A stretch of DNA of 63,954 bases, filler included, from Intoshia linei (GCA_001642005.1; 3 parts of 3 records of this genome joined end to end with filler, not necessarily neighbours in it); one strand, 5' to 3'; counted from the whole stretch's first letter, positions 25,940-37,960 are shown. The notes: a model not told the origin generated them from the letters alone. A program made the numbers and translations.

Positions 25940-26555
25940 AAAATTTGAAAAATATTGGTTGATGCGTAGATTTCTGGGTTCAAATTTTGTATTTATCTCA
26001 ACTGGAATAAGCTGTATCAGAAAATCTGTTTTGTTAATGGTAGACCGTTAATTATTTCAAATTTTTTGTTTTAATAAAATATTTTGGTAAAAAATATATG
26101 AATACTAAAATGCTTTTTTGACCGTGAAGGCGTCAGTTATTCGGATTGAAATTTTTGGTGTGTTTTAACAGGATACAACTGTACCACCTGTAAATTTTTT
26201 TAATTCTAAAGCTGTTTTTATTAAAACAAAAAAAAGGGTAATTTGTGGTTTTGGCCTTGAAGATATATTTTTTTAAATTTAAATTTATGGTAATATTTAT
26301 GATTTTAAAATCCCTATCAAAGTATATTAATATATATAATTTAAATTGTCGAACTCGTTTGATTTTCAAAAATGGGACAATTTGAATTTTTGACCCGTAA
26401 GATGTAAAATTGGGAGGTTGAAATTTATTTTGCTAACCCCATAGAAAAAATTATAATTGAAATGTGGACTTTATAAAATTCTAAGACTGGTAGTTATTGA
26501 AATAAACGGTAACACACACAAACAAATATTGCATAGCATATTATATAAGTAAGGA
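25940..26555 (-). mobile_element. Helitron-like copy with 5' end
   Basis: Family core ending ...GCATATTATATAAGTAAGGA, the reverse complement of the TCCTTACTTATATAAT 5' end. Confidence 0.75.
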
Positions 26556-26973
26556 AGTAAGAAACATCCTTACTAAGNAAACAAATTGCTAAAATAAAAA
26601 TAAATAAATTATATATTATTGAGAAGATACTAAACAATATAAATGGGAATTACATTTTTAAAATTGATTTTAATTTGAAGTGTCTTATATTTATTTCGCG
26701 TTAATTAGCGATTTGTATAATAACTTTTCATATAAAGGTGGCAGAAGAAAAATAATGGTATCAACAAGCGTATTTTTTAATAGAGATGAAATATTCATGA
26801 AAATTAATGTTAACAAACCAAAAAATAATATAAATCGGTTGGACCTATGTTTATTGCAGCACTGTAAATTTCTTCATAATTATTATGGAAAAAAAGATTA
26901 TAAAGTATAAATTGTGTGGGTCCTCGGTTATATAAATCAAGATTAAAATCATGAAATTTCCCATGGTTGAGGG

Positions 26974-27740
26974 TAGTGATTGTGCCGGGACAAAATTTCC
27001 CGGGATTTCCCGAAAAAAATTAAGACATACCTGTATGTGATTTATTTTTGTTATTACTATAAAAATATGATTATATTATAATATTTAAAATTTACCATTT
27101 CAAAAAACCCACCACTAATAAAATTTAATCAAAAATACCATTTCAAGCCCTCATGGAAAAATTGACTTACACCGATATTCTTTTCAAAAATCCGATTTTA
27201 CGAAATCTTATGAAAAAAATTCACTTCATCAAACCACAAATAAAAAATCTAAAATTTCTAATTTTCTAGCCCTTAATGGAAAAATATTCTTTTTCCAATA
27301 CTTTTTTTTAAAACCTTTTATTCCAACCACAAATTACTAACGCTCTATCTAAGAATTATCCTTTTTTTTTAATATTATTTTGAAAAATATTATGAGTTGT
27401 GACGAAATGGAACCTATCATCAAGATTGTTAAAATTAAAGGAAACCCTTATGACCGTTCAACCTACGTCAACACAAAATGAAATTTCTCTACTGCTTCTA
27501 ATTTCGTTACAAAACGTAGAACGCGTTTAAAAGACAAATCTATCAATATTATGTTTTGAAACACTTTTTCAACAATCTAAAATAAAAACATTTTTTTTAA
27601 TTAAATTTGTAAATTTAGTCTAGTAATCAAATAAAATTTTTAATGCTTATTTTTAAATTTAATTTAATTTTTATATTATATATGAATAAAAATTTTTTTT
27701 TAGTTTTCCCGGGAAATTTAATTTTTAATTTCAATCACTA
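26974..27740 (+). mobile_element. Deleted hAT transposon with transposase dimerization-domain remnant
   Basis: TIR TAGTGATTG/CAATCACTA. Perfect 8-bp TSD GTTGAGGG (26966-26973, 27741-27748). Subterminal TTCCCGGGA. Remnant TVQPTSTQ/NFSTASNFVTKRRTRLKDKSI at ~27450-27570. Tandem-repeat family inserted at ~27090-27390. Confidence 0.9.
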
Positions 27741-28100
27741 GTTGAGGGTATTGTTTGAACATGAAATCAATAATATCAATTTAAATAGACTAAATCAACA
27801 TTGAACCCAGAAAGGGAAATTAATTATGCAGACTACAATTCTTAGCTAATTTTTTGTGTGTTAACTGTATAATCTGAAATTTTTTTTTAAATTCTATGAT
27901 TATTAAAAAAGACTAATCTGGAGTATTCATCGAGAATATTACCTTTTTTGAGGTTACCATTTATGATAATTGTAATGCTTATGATTTTAAAAACTATCCC
28001 ACAATTGCAATGAAAGTCTATTACAATCCAGTTACGTGTAAACTATATCAGAAAAAATTTAATAAATATACAAAAAATATATAAATAGTTAGCTAGTTAA

Positions 28101-28573
28101 TTAATTTATATCATCTATTTTACACACGTTGAAAATGTAACACAAGTTTTTGGTGAGATACAATCCAAATTTTGTCGAATTTGAATCATCTCCAATCTTT
28201 TTAAAAAAATATGCTATAGACATGTCGACATCACTCTGAATCATCTAATTAAATAAATTTATTACTGAAAATGTTCATAATTATACCTTCATCATTTCTT
28301 TCAAATTTGAAGTTTGCATTTTGCCATAAACACTATTGAAAAGGGTACAAATACCAACATCTCCCTTTGTCAACTCATTTAGATACTTTACAAATTGTTT
28401 ATTGACAGCTTGAGTAGCATACGTCTTCAAATCCATGTCCTTTGTTCTCTCGAGTTTTGACTTTTCATAAAATTTCATAAAGGCATTATCAGTTCTCAAA
28501 TGCATCGCTAGACTATCTATCCAAATTTTTTCATTTGTTTGAATTGATTTGATAAACTTTTCTATACATTGTT
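28101..28573 (-). CDS. 3' exons of an unidentified gene, cut at a single-N contig join
   Basis: Open frame QCIEKFIKSIQTNEKIWIDSLAMHLR...NLKEMMK, short GT-AG intron, then MIQSDVDMSIAYFFKKIG...KIDDIN*. Family not recognised. Confidence 0.5.
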
Positions 28574-28574
28574 N

Positions 28575-29015
28575 TTGGGGCAAAAATGTTGTTATATAAA
28601 ATATTTAAGTATAATTCCTATAGTAATGATATCAAATTAAAATTATATTTATTTTAATATTTTACATACATTTTCATATGTATTTATCATAATTCATTAA
28701 TTTTTCATTCATGCCTATATTTTAATATCTTTAACTTAATTACTATTCTAGATTAGAAAGTAACTATAATTCTAAAAATTAAGTATATAATTAAAAAAAT
28801 ATTCATAACTTTGATTTGAGATTTTTATTAAATTTTGTTTTTCATGTATTTATCTGAAAATATCACCCTAAACAGTGTTGGACTCATATGGAAACAAATT
28901 ATATTATAATATATTGCAATAGTTTCAATATTCTATGAAAAATTAGATAACTAACTAAAACCCCTGATTTTGGGGCACTTTTCAAAAAATGGTGCCCCAA
29001 TCCAAGGTCCGACTG
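28575..29015. mobile_element. Truncated second copy of the pogo-like MITE
   Basis: Collinear with 25365-25787; ends AGGTCCGACTG|TA. Confidence 0.75.
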
Positions 29016-29163
29016 TATTTGTAAATTTTATCGTTGAATCATTGAAATTTTCAATTGACAAATATTGATAATTTCCTCATATCTAAAAATATTCATGTGC
29101 CGCTGACCAAAATCAGAAACTATTTAAATAATTAATTAATAATTTTATAATGTCGATAATTAG

Positions 29164-30070
29164 ATATCATGTCATAGCGAACTGTACTGGTTGTTGATGA
29201 ATACTGTCAAATCGAATAAATTGTCAATTTTACCTCAGTGGAAGGTTTAGTTTCACCTTTTTTTGGAATTTTTAACTCTATTTCAGAATTTTGAAATTGA
29301 CAATAACAAATGCAACATGGGTGGATTTACCTACCCAGTCCTTCAAAGTGCGGATATCCTTCTTCACCAGTATTTATTACTTTATTTGTATCAATTGTTT
29401 AATGTTCAGAGCTGATATAGTACCAACTGGAGAAGATCAGTTAATGCACATCCATTTTGCACGTGATTTAGCCTACACCTTTAATAAAAAATATGGGCAA
29501 ACTTTTAAACTACCGGAAGCCATGATACTCGGTATGATAAATTTAATTTGAATCTAAATGTATTAGAATCTCCACTTGCTAGGCTTAAAAGTCTGAGAAA
29601 TGTAGGTTGAAATGATTTATTGATTAAATTATCGCATTTAGCCTTCGAAAAAGATGAGTAAATCTGATATGGATCAATTGTCATTTATTGGTTTGATTGA
29701 TTCAGATAAAGAAATAACCAAAAAGATTAAAAAAAGTGTCACTGATTCTATCCAAAATGTTTATTATAGTTCAGACAGACCTGGCTTAAAAAATTTACTA
29801 AATATTCTTTTTTTTTTTAAAAACCATAAAAATCCACATTCATCAATCTTGAAACCAGAAGTAGAGAAATTTAATTTCAAGAATAAAGTCCACCTAAAAA
29901 ACGAAATCACAGAATGCCTTATCACGGAGTTGAGTCCAATCAGAAACAAATACTTTGAATTGTTAAATGATTCTGCTTATTTGGAAAATGTTTTACAACA
30001 AGGTGCTATACGAGCAGAATCTCAATGTGTGCTTTTTTACAATTATATTAAAAGTTGTGTGGGTTTGTAA
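29164..30070 (+). CDS. WARS2: Mitochondrial tryptophanyl-tRNA synthetase, 3' exons (HIGH-motif exons not visible)
   Basis: HSELYWLL...ILPQWK | GGFTYPVLQSADILLH | ADIVPTGEDQLMHIHFARDLAYTFNKKYG | ARLKSLRN | PSKKMSKSD...KKIKKSVTDS...RPGLKNLL (class Ic KMSKS motif). Confidence 0.93.
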
Positions 30071-30130
30071 TAAATGTTTATTTTTCTGTTTAAATGTACA
30101 GGCAATCAATTGTTAGCTTTGAATTTTCAA

Positions 30131-32202
30131 TTATTTGTTTAAGTTAAGAATATCTTCTCGGTATACATATATTAGTACAAATATAATATAAAATATTGTT
30201 CCACTGATGATTCCAAGTATAGATATAATGAGAGCATACTTTCCTCTACTCTTTGCTATCTCTATCTTGCTTTGTTTTTTACAATTGATTGATGAAATTG
30301 ACATCATTATTGCTATTGTGCCTATATTTTTTATTAAATTGATTACAGTCCTTAATATAAAACACAACCTTTTCTAAAAGGGTCTGCTTTATATTTCAGT
30401 TTTGTATATAAATAAATAATGTATTTGATCATTTTTTTGGGAACCAAAAAGAATTGTGAATTATGCATTTAATATTCGCGTATTTCTCTTGAATATTAGT
30501 AATCTTCTCATTTGGGGTACCTCAGTCAGCCACAGAAAACAAATTATCACATTTGATATGTGGGTATGATACTGTCCTCTTTTAATTAAGGGTGTGATAA
30601 AGTAGTGTTTTTTGTTTTGACTTGTTTTGAATGATTTTTTCAATAACGTTAAGTAATGTTGGATTTTTTTCATTATGGTTTCAGTCGAATTTTACCAATA
30701 TTGCTGTAATGTGCTATGTCCTTGAAGGTCTTCAATTGTTAGCGAAACTTATTTTAATAATTTCAAGATAATTCAATACAAGATTTTAATACAAAATTAT
30801 AAATAATACACTCTATAACAACACTACAATTGCAAAGGATTGTAATAAATATAAAAATGATATTAACAAAGTTGTTTTAGTTTCGTTGTTTAGTTTCCAT
30901 TTAAATTGTATTCAAAATGTTTTGAAAATGAATTTGAAATTTAAAAATTGCGTAGCAATGAAATAAATTCCGAAGGAATGAATTATATAGATTTTAACCT
31001 CTATTTCTTTATTGGAAATGTGTAGACGTTCACTGCACAATTTTTTGAAATTTTAGGATCAATATTTACATTTTTATTTTAATCGAAATATTTGAAATTT
31101 TTTGAAATTCTAGGGCTGTTATTAACAAAAAAAAAGTAATTTGGAGTTTTGGCCCTGAAGATATAATTTTTTTAAATTAAAATTCACGATAATGTTTATG
31201 ATTTTTAAATCCGTATCAGCGCATCTATTTTTTTAAATTTTTTTATTTTTATATTTATTACAATCCTTTGCAATTGTAGTGTTGTAACTGTAATAGAGTA
31301 TTATTTATAATTTTGTATTAAAATCTTGTATTGAATTATCTTGAAATTATTAAAATAAGTTTCGCTAACAATTGAAGACCTTCAAGGACATAGCACATTA
31401 CAGCAATATTGGTAAAATTTGACTGAAATGTTTATAAAGTGAAGATTCGGTTAATTATTAATACATAATTGGTATTTTTAAGTATTTATTAAATTGTTAC
31501 TGAATATACATGTATTAAATATATGTATATAATCACATTGAAAATGACAAAATAGGTTTTTATAATTTTATTTTTTCTGGAATTTATGCTATTCATGACA
31601 ATTTTTAGGATTGGACTGTTTTTACTTTATTTTTAATATTATACACCTTCTGTCTAATAAATTCAAAAAATGGAATAACAATTGTTTTTAAAATTCTTTA
31701 CGCAAATGTTAACAAAACAAAATTAAGATGGAATAATTCACTTTAAAGTAAAAGATAATGTGATATGATGGTTCCACGTGACACAAATTTCGAAACCACT
31801 CCTTTAAAGAATTGATAATAGTGAATGGTAGGATTTTTAAGTTAGATTTTCAACGTGAATTTATTTTTTTGGTATAATAAAAAATGCCCTGGGCAGAGCT
31901 AGGTGGTGTTTGTACGTAGTACATAACAGTCAATCTAGTATATTATATAAGTAAGGATGTCGGAAATTTACCTAGAACATAGTTAAATAAAAATGATATT
32001 ATTGATAAGATGATGTAGTTTGGAGGTGATTCAACAACAAATTTAAACTCTGGAGCATCCGTATCAATTATATCGCTGAAATTAAATGTACAATTGGAGT
32101 TGGGTATTTTTTTGTTTTTTGTGTGTTTGTTTCCCTCTTTACAGTCAACTATGTATGAATTTATTATTGATGTATAATACCTGTGTTCAATTCGTCCAAC
32201 AT
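30131..32202 (-). CDS. CD225/dispanin (IFITM/PRRT-like) membrane protein, 3 exons
   Basis: Exons 32202-32181, 32148-31972 and 30321-30131 splice in frame: MLDELNTVDC...ESPPNYIILSIISFLFNYVL|GTIAIMMSISSINCKKQSKIEIAKSRGKYALIISILGIISGTIFYIIFVLIY. This follows the CD225 PxDYxxxSIxxxLF..LGxxAxxxS pattern plus a C-terminal TM helix. Confidence 0.78.
30915..31958. mobile_element. Rearranged/nested Helitron-like fragments in CD225-gene intron 2
   Basis: Minus-oriented core at 30915-31240. Plus-oriented 3' part at 31430-31938 ending in hairpin plus CTAG. Inverted 5'-end stub TATTATATAAGTAAGGA at 31940-31958. Confidence 0.75.
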
Positions 32203-32231
32203 TATAAGATAAACAATCGAGAAATGTAAAG

Positions 32232-32293
32232 TTTGTAAATATTGGTAAATTTACATTACTTTGTAAATATTGGTAAATTTACATTACTTTGTA
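32232..32293. repeat. Perfect 28-bp tandem duplication just upstream of the CD225-gene ATG
   Basis: TTTGTAAATATTGGTAAATTTACATTAC x2. Confidence 0.9.
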
Positions 32294-33562
32294 TTTATTT
32301 TTGATATTATTTATTTCATTAAATACTGGAGATATGTACGCAATGGAATTTATTTTTTTGCACGTTAATTTATGTATTTGTTAAGCAATCAAAATTCTGT
32401 CATATTCATTATCAGAGCCAATTTTATTTCAGTAATTGAGTTCTTCAAGTTCAAAAACCAATTTCTTTTTTTTTAAATAGAATAAACCCTAAAATTTAAT
32501 AAAATCATAAATCTGGGACGCGTTTTAAAATCATCAACATTAACATTGTGGTAAATCTCAATTTTCAAAATGATACGAACATCCTATCCTAAAGTCGTAG
32601 TCCTATCATAGTAAAATGAGCTTTTATTTTAAAAAGGGTGTCTACTAAAATCCAACCATTTTTACTAAAAATTAAATTTTTCCTTATGGGTTTGTAAAAG
32701 TGGATTTTTCCTTTAAAAGTTGGTAAAACTAAAATTTTTTTTTTAGAGTGGTAAAATTTTTTTCTAATACAATACAAACAAAATGTGGCCCGTGATTCAC
32801 AAGTCGTTAGTCGCAAATAATTTAAGATTTGGAAAATTTGTCAGATACACAGAGGTTGAGACCCTTGTTGATGAAGCTCGAAATAAAAAATATCGAGGAA
32901 ATTCTCTAGATACGCTTAGATTAATTTTTTATAAACATTTAGGCAATGAAACCCGAAAGATGCCATGCCCGACTAATTTATTATTTTAATTTGTGCGCGG
33001 TTATGATCACAAAGATATATCTAATCAGTCTGATAAAATAATTAGATTGTGTAATTTGTTAGATTAGGCTAATCATTAGCGAAACATGAATACATTTTAA
33101 TCCTTGACCTCTGAACGCTCTTACTAATCGATTAACACTGAAACCAAGCAATTTGAATGTTTCTGCATGTAATTTCAGTTACTAGTGGAATACTATTAAA
33201 TTTAGATAAATGGGTCAACAATAAGAATAAATTAAGATACATTGAAATGTTATCAAAGTTGTATTCGTAAAATGTTAAACTTTTTAATCGAAATTTTAAA
33301 TCAGACAAATTAGTATTTTTTGATAAATCTTATTTTACTTTGACAAATACATAGATATGAGAATTCAATCAGTGGATAATCTAAATAGTTTCATATCTTT
33401 AAATATTTAGTTTATACGGTCGGATTGTTTGTTTATTAACAATCTTGAAAATACAAAAATCTAGAATTAAACTATTATTATGGCATCACTAACGAGATAC
33501 AGTTACATTCAAATTGATTTTCATTTGTTTATTTAATTGCCTGTATTGCAAATTTTGAAATA

Positions 33563-35780
33563 ATGGTATGCTGTCTCCAATAAAATAAAATAATTTTTAG
33601 CGTATCAAAAGACTTTACATAGGACACTTGACTTCTTCCGCTCGGTATTTGATTAAAATTCCACATTAAATTATTTTGTTTAGACGTAAGGACGTGGAAG
33701 ATTTTTTTAAAGGATATGGAAAAATAATAGATGTGCATTTGAAAAATGGATACGGATTTGTGGTAAATGGATTTTATGAATTTTGTTTTAAAAAAAAATA
33801 TAGGAATTTGATGATTACCAGGATGCTGAAGATGCATTGAATGATTTAGCCAACAAAAAAATTTGCGGTCAACCAATAAATTTAGAATATGCAAAAATGC
33901 ATCAAAACAGATACTCAAACAGAGGAGACTATCGCAACAATTATAAAGATAGCAATTACAGAAATAATAGATACGATAATAACCACCGCGTCAATGACAA
34001 AAGTCGACCCGATAACTCTAGTTCATTCCATCGTAGACATAAACCAAAAAGATATCGAGCATTATGTTACAATGTACCGGTCGAAATGTCTCTCAAGGTA
34101 ATGGGAATTATGTTTACATGTTTGTAACTTCAAAGCGTATATTGTTCGCCTAGAAGTCATTTAATTTTATGTTAATTAATTTATCAGGAATGTTTGCCTT
34201 TCGAGCACTCTTACGTATCAATCGTTCGTTTTTAGAGAGAAAGTAACCGTCTATTTTTTCGAATCTATTTATGGGTAACTGAGCCTTTCTACCGGACGTT
34301 TTTATCGAAATGTTTTAATTTTTGCGACGGTATCTCTTTGATCCCTTTTTGCATTTCATTTGGTTTATATTTTATCATCATTTCTTGCATTAACTTAATC
34401 ATAGAACTTGAAAAATAAACTCAAAGAATATGTCTATCTTTACGATGCATATGAACATTACGATGATAAAAGTGTCATGTAAGTCGTGTTTGGCTTTTTA
34501 TATTCAATTTCTAGTGTACTCAAATTTTCTAGTCGGTCAGATATGGATAGGTGTTACCAAAATTGCAACGATCTTAAAATAGACGGAAACCGGATCCGCA
34601 TTGATACCAGCGAAAAATCGTATGTAATTATTTATAGTATTATAACTTTTTAGGTACACCCCAGATATCGTCAAACGACAACGAAGTGATTCGATAAGTA
34701 GTAAAAGTTCATATCGCAGTTATACTCGTTCCCGCTCCAAGTCTCTAAGTAAAACAGGGAAAAGTGTTAGTTACGAAGGTAGCCAAAATCGAGATTCTAG
34801 CAAAAATAGGAAATTTGATAAAATTAGCTCAAAGAGTAAAAGTGTTAGTAAAAATAGATTTAGTGAAAGTTGTTCTAAACATAGCAAATCACCTTCTAGA
34901 GATTTAGAACCACCTCAATTGGATACCGACAAACTTGAACACATCGAACCAGACAATTTAATAGTATCCACAACTCCAACCAAAAACTTTCGTAAAAGAA
35001 TGCACAGCAGTGAGGACGAAATTGAAAAAGAGGAAGCTAAACCGACCTATAAAAACTTAAAAGTCGCCGATAACGTGACATCTCAATATAACGAACAAGA
35101 CAATATTGATTTTGCATTTAAAACAAACATTGAGAGTGATACTGAACCTGAGAAAATTGATACATTTGAAAAAATTAAAACTCAAACATGCACAATGGAA
35201 AATATTAATAACCATAACATTTCCAATGAGATAACTGAAAATGCAGTTTTTGCAGATGTTGCGAATAATACTCAAACAGATGGCAATAAATTGGACTACA
35301 GTTCGAATCAAATTAAATTAGAAATGAGCAAACTAAAAATGTTAGATGTTTCCGCTGAAACGAATGAAAATAAGGATCAAAATGATTCTAGTCTTATTGG
35401 TGATGTACAAGAAGAACAATTCAAAGAAAATGGCACAAAAGAATTGAATTTGGATAAAAATCTAGGTAACATTATTATTATCATTTATCAATATTTTAGA
35501 AGATCAAGACGCGGCTACTACAGTGAAGTCTGATTTAAATGGCAGCATTGAAAAGAATACGACAAATGGCACTGAACCAGAGTCGGCAGATGGCAAGGTA
35601 GAAACAAAAACCACTGTTACCAAAAAAAGAGGAAAACAACCAAAGAAGGTTGCTGCAAAAGCCAAGAAACCAGTTACGCCAAAAATCATTAAAAAGAAGG
35701 CTACACCGAAAAAAATTGAGAGTCCTAGAGCCCAACCAACTCGAAGGAGTACTAGACTTACCAATAAGAAAGCAGTCTAA
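33563..35780 (+). CDS. SRSF4/5/6 (B52/SRp55)-like SR splicing factor, 8 exons, ~563 aa
   Basis: M|RIKRLYIGHLTSSA|RRKDVEDFFKGYGKIIDVHLKNGYGFV|EFDDYQDAEDALNDL (RRM1 RNP2/RNP1 of the SRSF4/5/6 type). Second RRM YRALCYNVPVEMSLK|NLKNKL...KIDGNRIRI. Short RS stretch and long low-complexity tail. Exon lengths sum to 1692 nt, in frame. Confidence 0.88.
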
Positions 35781-36549
35781 ATATGTATATTTTATATGAT
35801 ATGTAATTTACTTTTAATTAAACAGAATTTGTGATATTTTATTATTTTTTTAATTTATGATTTTATTTTAATTGGATAAATTATATCGCGTGCGTTGACG
35901 ATAAATTGTATATTTGTCCAGTTTTATTTTCATATCATTAAATTACACCATAAATCATTGTATTGTTATTCATGAAGGGGTTATATCATTGTAATTTCAT
36001 AGTTTTTTGCGCTTTGTATTAATATTTTTTTAATTTACCAATGTGTGATTATGTTTTAATGTCAACTATGGAAATTACAGCATCTCGGGTTAACAAAATT
36101 TTTTTTTTAAGTGACCGGTTTTCGGTTTAAGATAGTTTTGTCGTCCTCGAATAAATTTTTGTAAAATCATAATTTATTTTGCCTAAATCAGTATCTTTTA
36201 ATTGTGTTTAAAAATTTTTCGGATTTTATGTAGTCTCGTAGAAAGTTGACTAAGAGGTATATGGCAGGGGTTCCCATACTTTTTTCACGGTAGACCGGTA
36301 ATAAATTATAAAATTCGTTTTATTGTATTATTAAAATTTTTGAATGCAAATTTGCGTTTATTTTAGTTGAAGGGTTAATTAGTAAAAATTTTTCACGTAT
36401 TTGGGAAGCGATTTTTCGAAAATTTTTTAGGTACCTGTTTTTCATTTTTGAGGATCTCTAGCATGATAGATTATCGTTCGATTTACAAGTTTTCCATTTT
36501 GTGTCACATGAAAATATTATTTTTATATTTTATCATTAATGTTAAATAG

Positions 36550-37960
36550 AATGTTTAAAATATGTGTCAAACTACTGCATGGTTTGTGGTATTTAATTAA
36601 TTTAATTGTATTTAATTAAATCCAAAAAATCATATGCAATAAATGAAAATTTGAAATTCTCTTACAAATGTGCTTTTTCAATGGATGTAACAGATCACAT
36701 TTGGACGCCTAAATTTATATATGGTGGTTGTACGACATCATTGAGAAAAGAAAAATTTATGTTTGAAATACCACGCATTTGGACTACACCAAAGTATTAT
36801 CCAGAAAAATGCTATTTTTGTTAAACGAAGTTATTGAATAAAAAAAATTAAACTGGGCGAATTATCCTGGTACGCTCTCATCTAAAATTCCCTGTGAAAA
36901 GGTATGGTACATATTTGTATATATGAAGATGCACCTGAAATGGAAGAAACTGATTATAAATGAGTGATGAAGAAGAATCAAAGTGTTTATATAAAGATGA
37001 TTTGGATTATATCATTTGTGTAATGCGACTAAGTATGGAAAATTCAGAATATTTAACTAAAAAATTAAAAATAAGAAACATGACGATTGATGGAGTTAAC
37101 CCCACAGATCATAGGATAAGACATTCTGAATTCCTTACATTTTATGGAGAAGAAAAAAATGTGGTTTTCTGTCATGGCATTACTGGGCTAACATCTCACA
37201 TGAATGTTATTATGGATACAGAAAGATGGTTTCTATTTATCGATTCATCTTCCAAAAGCCTAAAAGGGTGTCTTATTGATTCTCAGACCAAATTTCAAAC
37301 AATTGTCATGTTTTATTCTGCAGACTTGAAGGAAACCTACAAAAACAGACAAATGTTTGAAACTCATTAAATACTCAGAAAATTTATGAAACGTTTGCTG
37401 TGATTTCAAACTGATACCTATTGTCAGCGGGACACAAGTGGGTGCTGTAAAATATCCATGCCCATTCTGTCTCTTTGATGCCTACTGATAGGAGTTATCA
37501 TTATATAAAAATAAAATGGCCTGAGAAACAAGAAGTTGGTGTTATTAACCAGTTTAAACCACCTTTAATATACAATTCTAAATTAATTTTACCACCACTT
37601 CACATAAAATTTGGGTTGGTTAAACAGTTTTTGACCCGATTGCACACAATCTGTTTTATCTAAATTAACAATGGCAGAAAAACCAATCTCTATTGTAAAA
37701 AAAATATTCCCAGAAATTTCAAATTCAAAATTAATAAAAGGAATCTTAAATGGCCCTCAAACAAAAAAACTCTTGCAATCTTGTGAAATTAGATTATTTT
37801 ATCGAACGATCAACTTCACGCATTTGAATGTTTTGAAAAAATCGTAGAACAGTTTTTAGGTAAATATTAATTTATTCCAATTTTTTAATGTAATTCTTAT
37901 TTTTTTAGGAAATTATTGGAGAATTATATTGGAAGAACTTATCATTAGTTTTGATAAAAT
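36550..37960 (+). pseudogene. Chapaev3-like (CMC superfamily) transposase pseudogene
   Basis: YCMVCG, IPRIWTTP...CYFC, WFLFIDSSSKSLKGCL, LKETY, CCDFKL..KYPCPFCL, LILPPLHIKFGLVKQFL, KGILNGPQ motifs in order. Many stops and frameshifts; termini not defined. Confidence 0.8.

Noticed and set aside
28574-29163. WARS2 lacking the HIGH motif
   Set aside because: The contig begins at the single N at 28574 inside a MITE, so the upstream exons are most likely unassembled.
35057-35764. Antisense hydrophobic ORFs over the SR gene tail
   Set aside because: Shadow ORFs of a Lys/Glu/Asn-rich sense exon.
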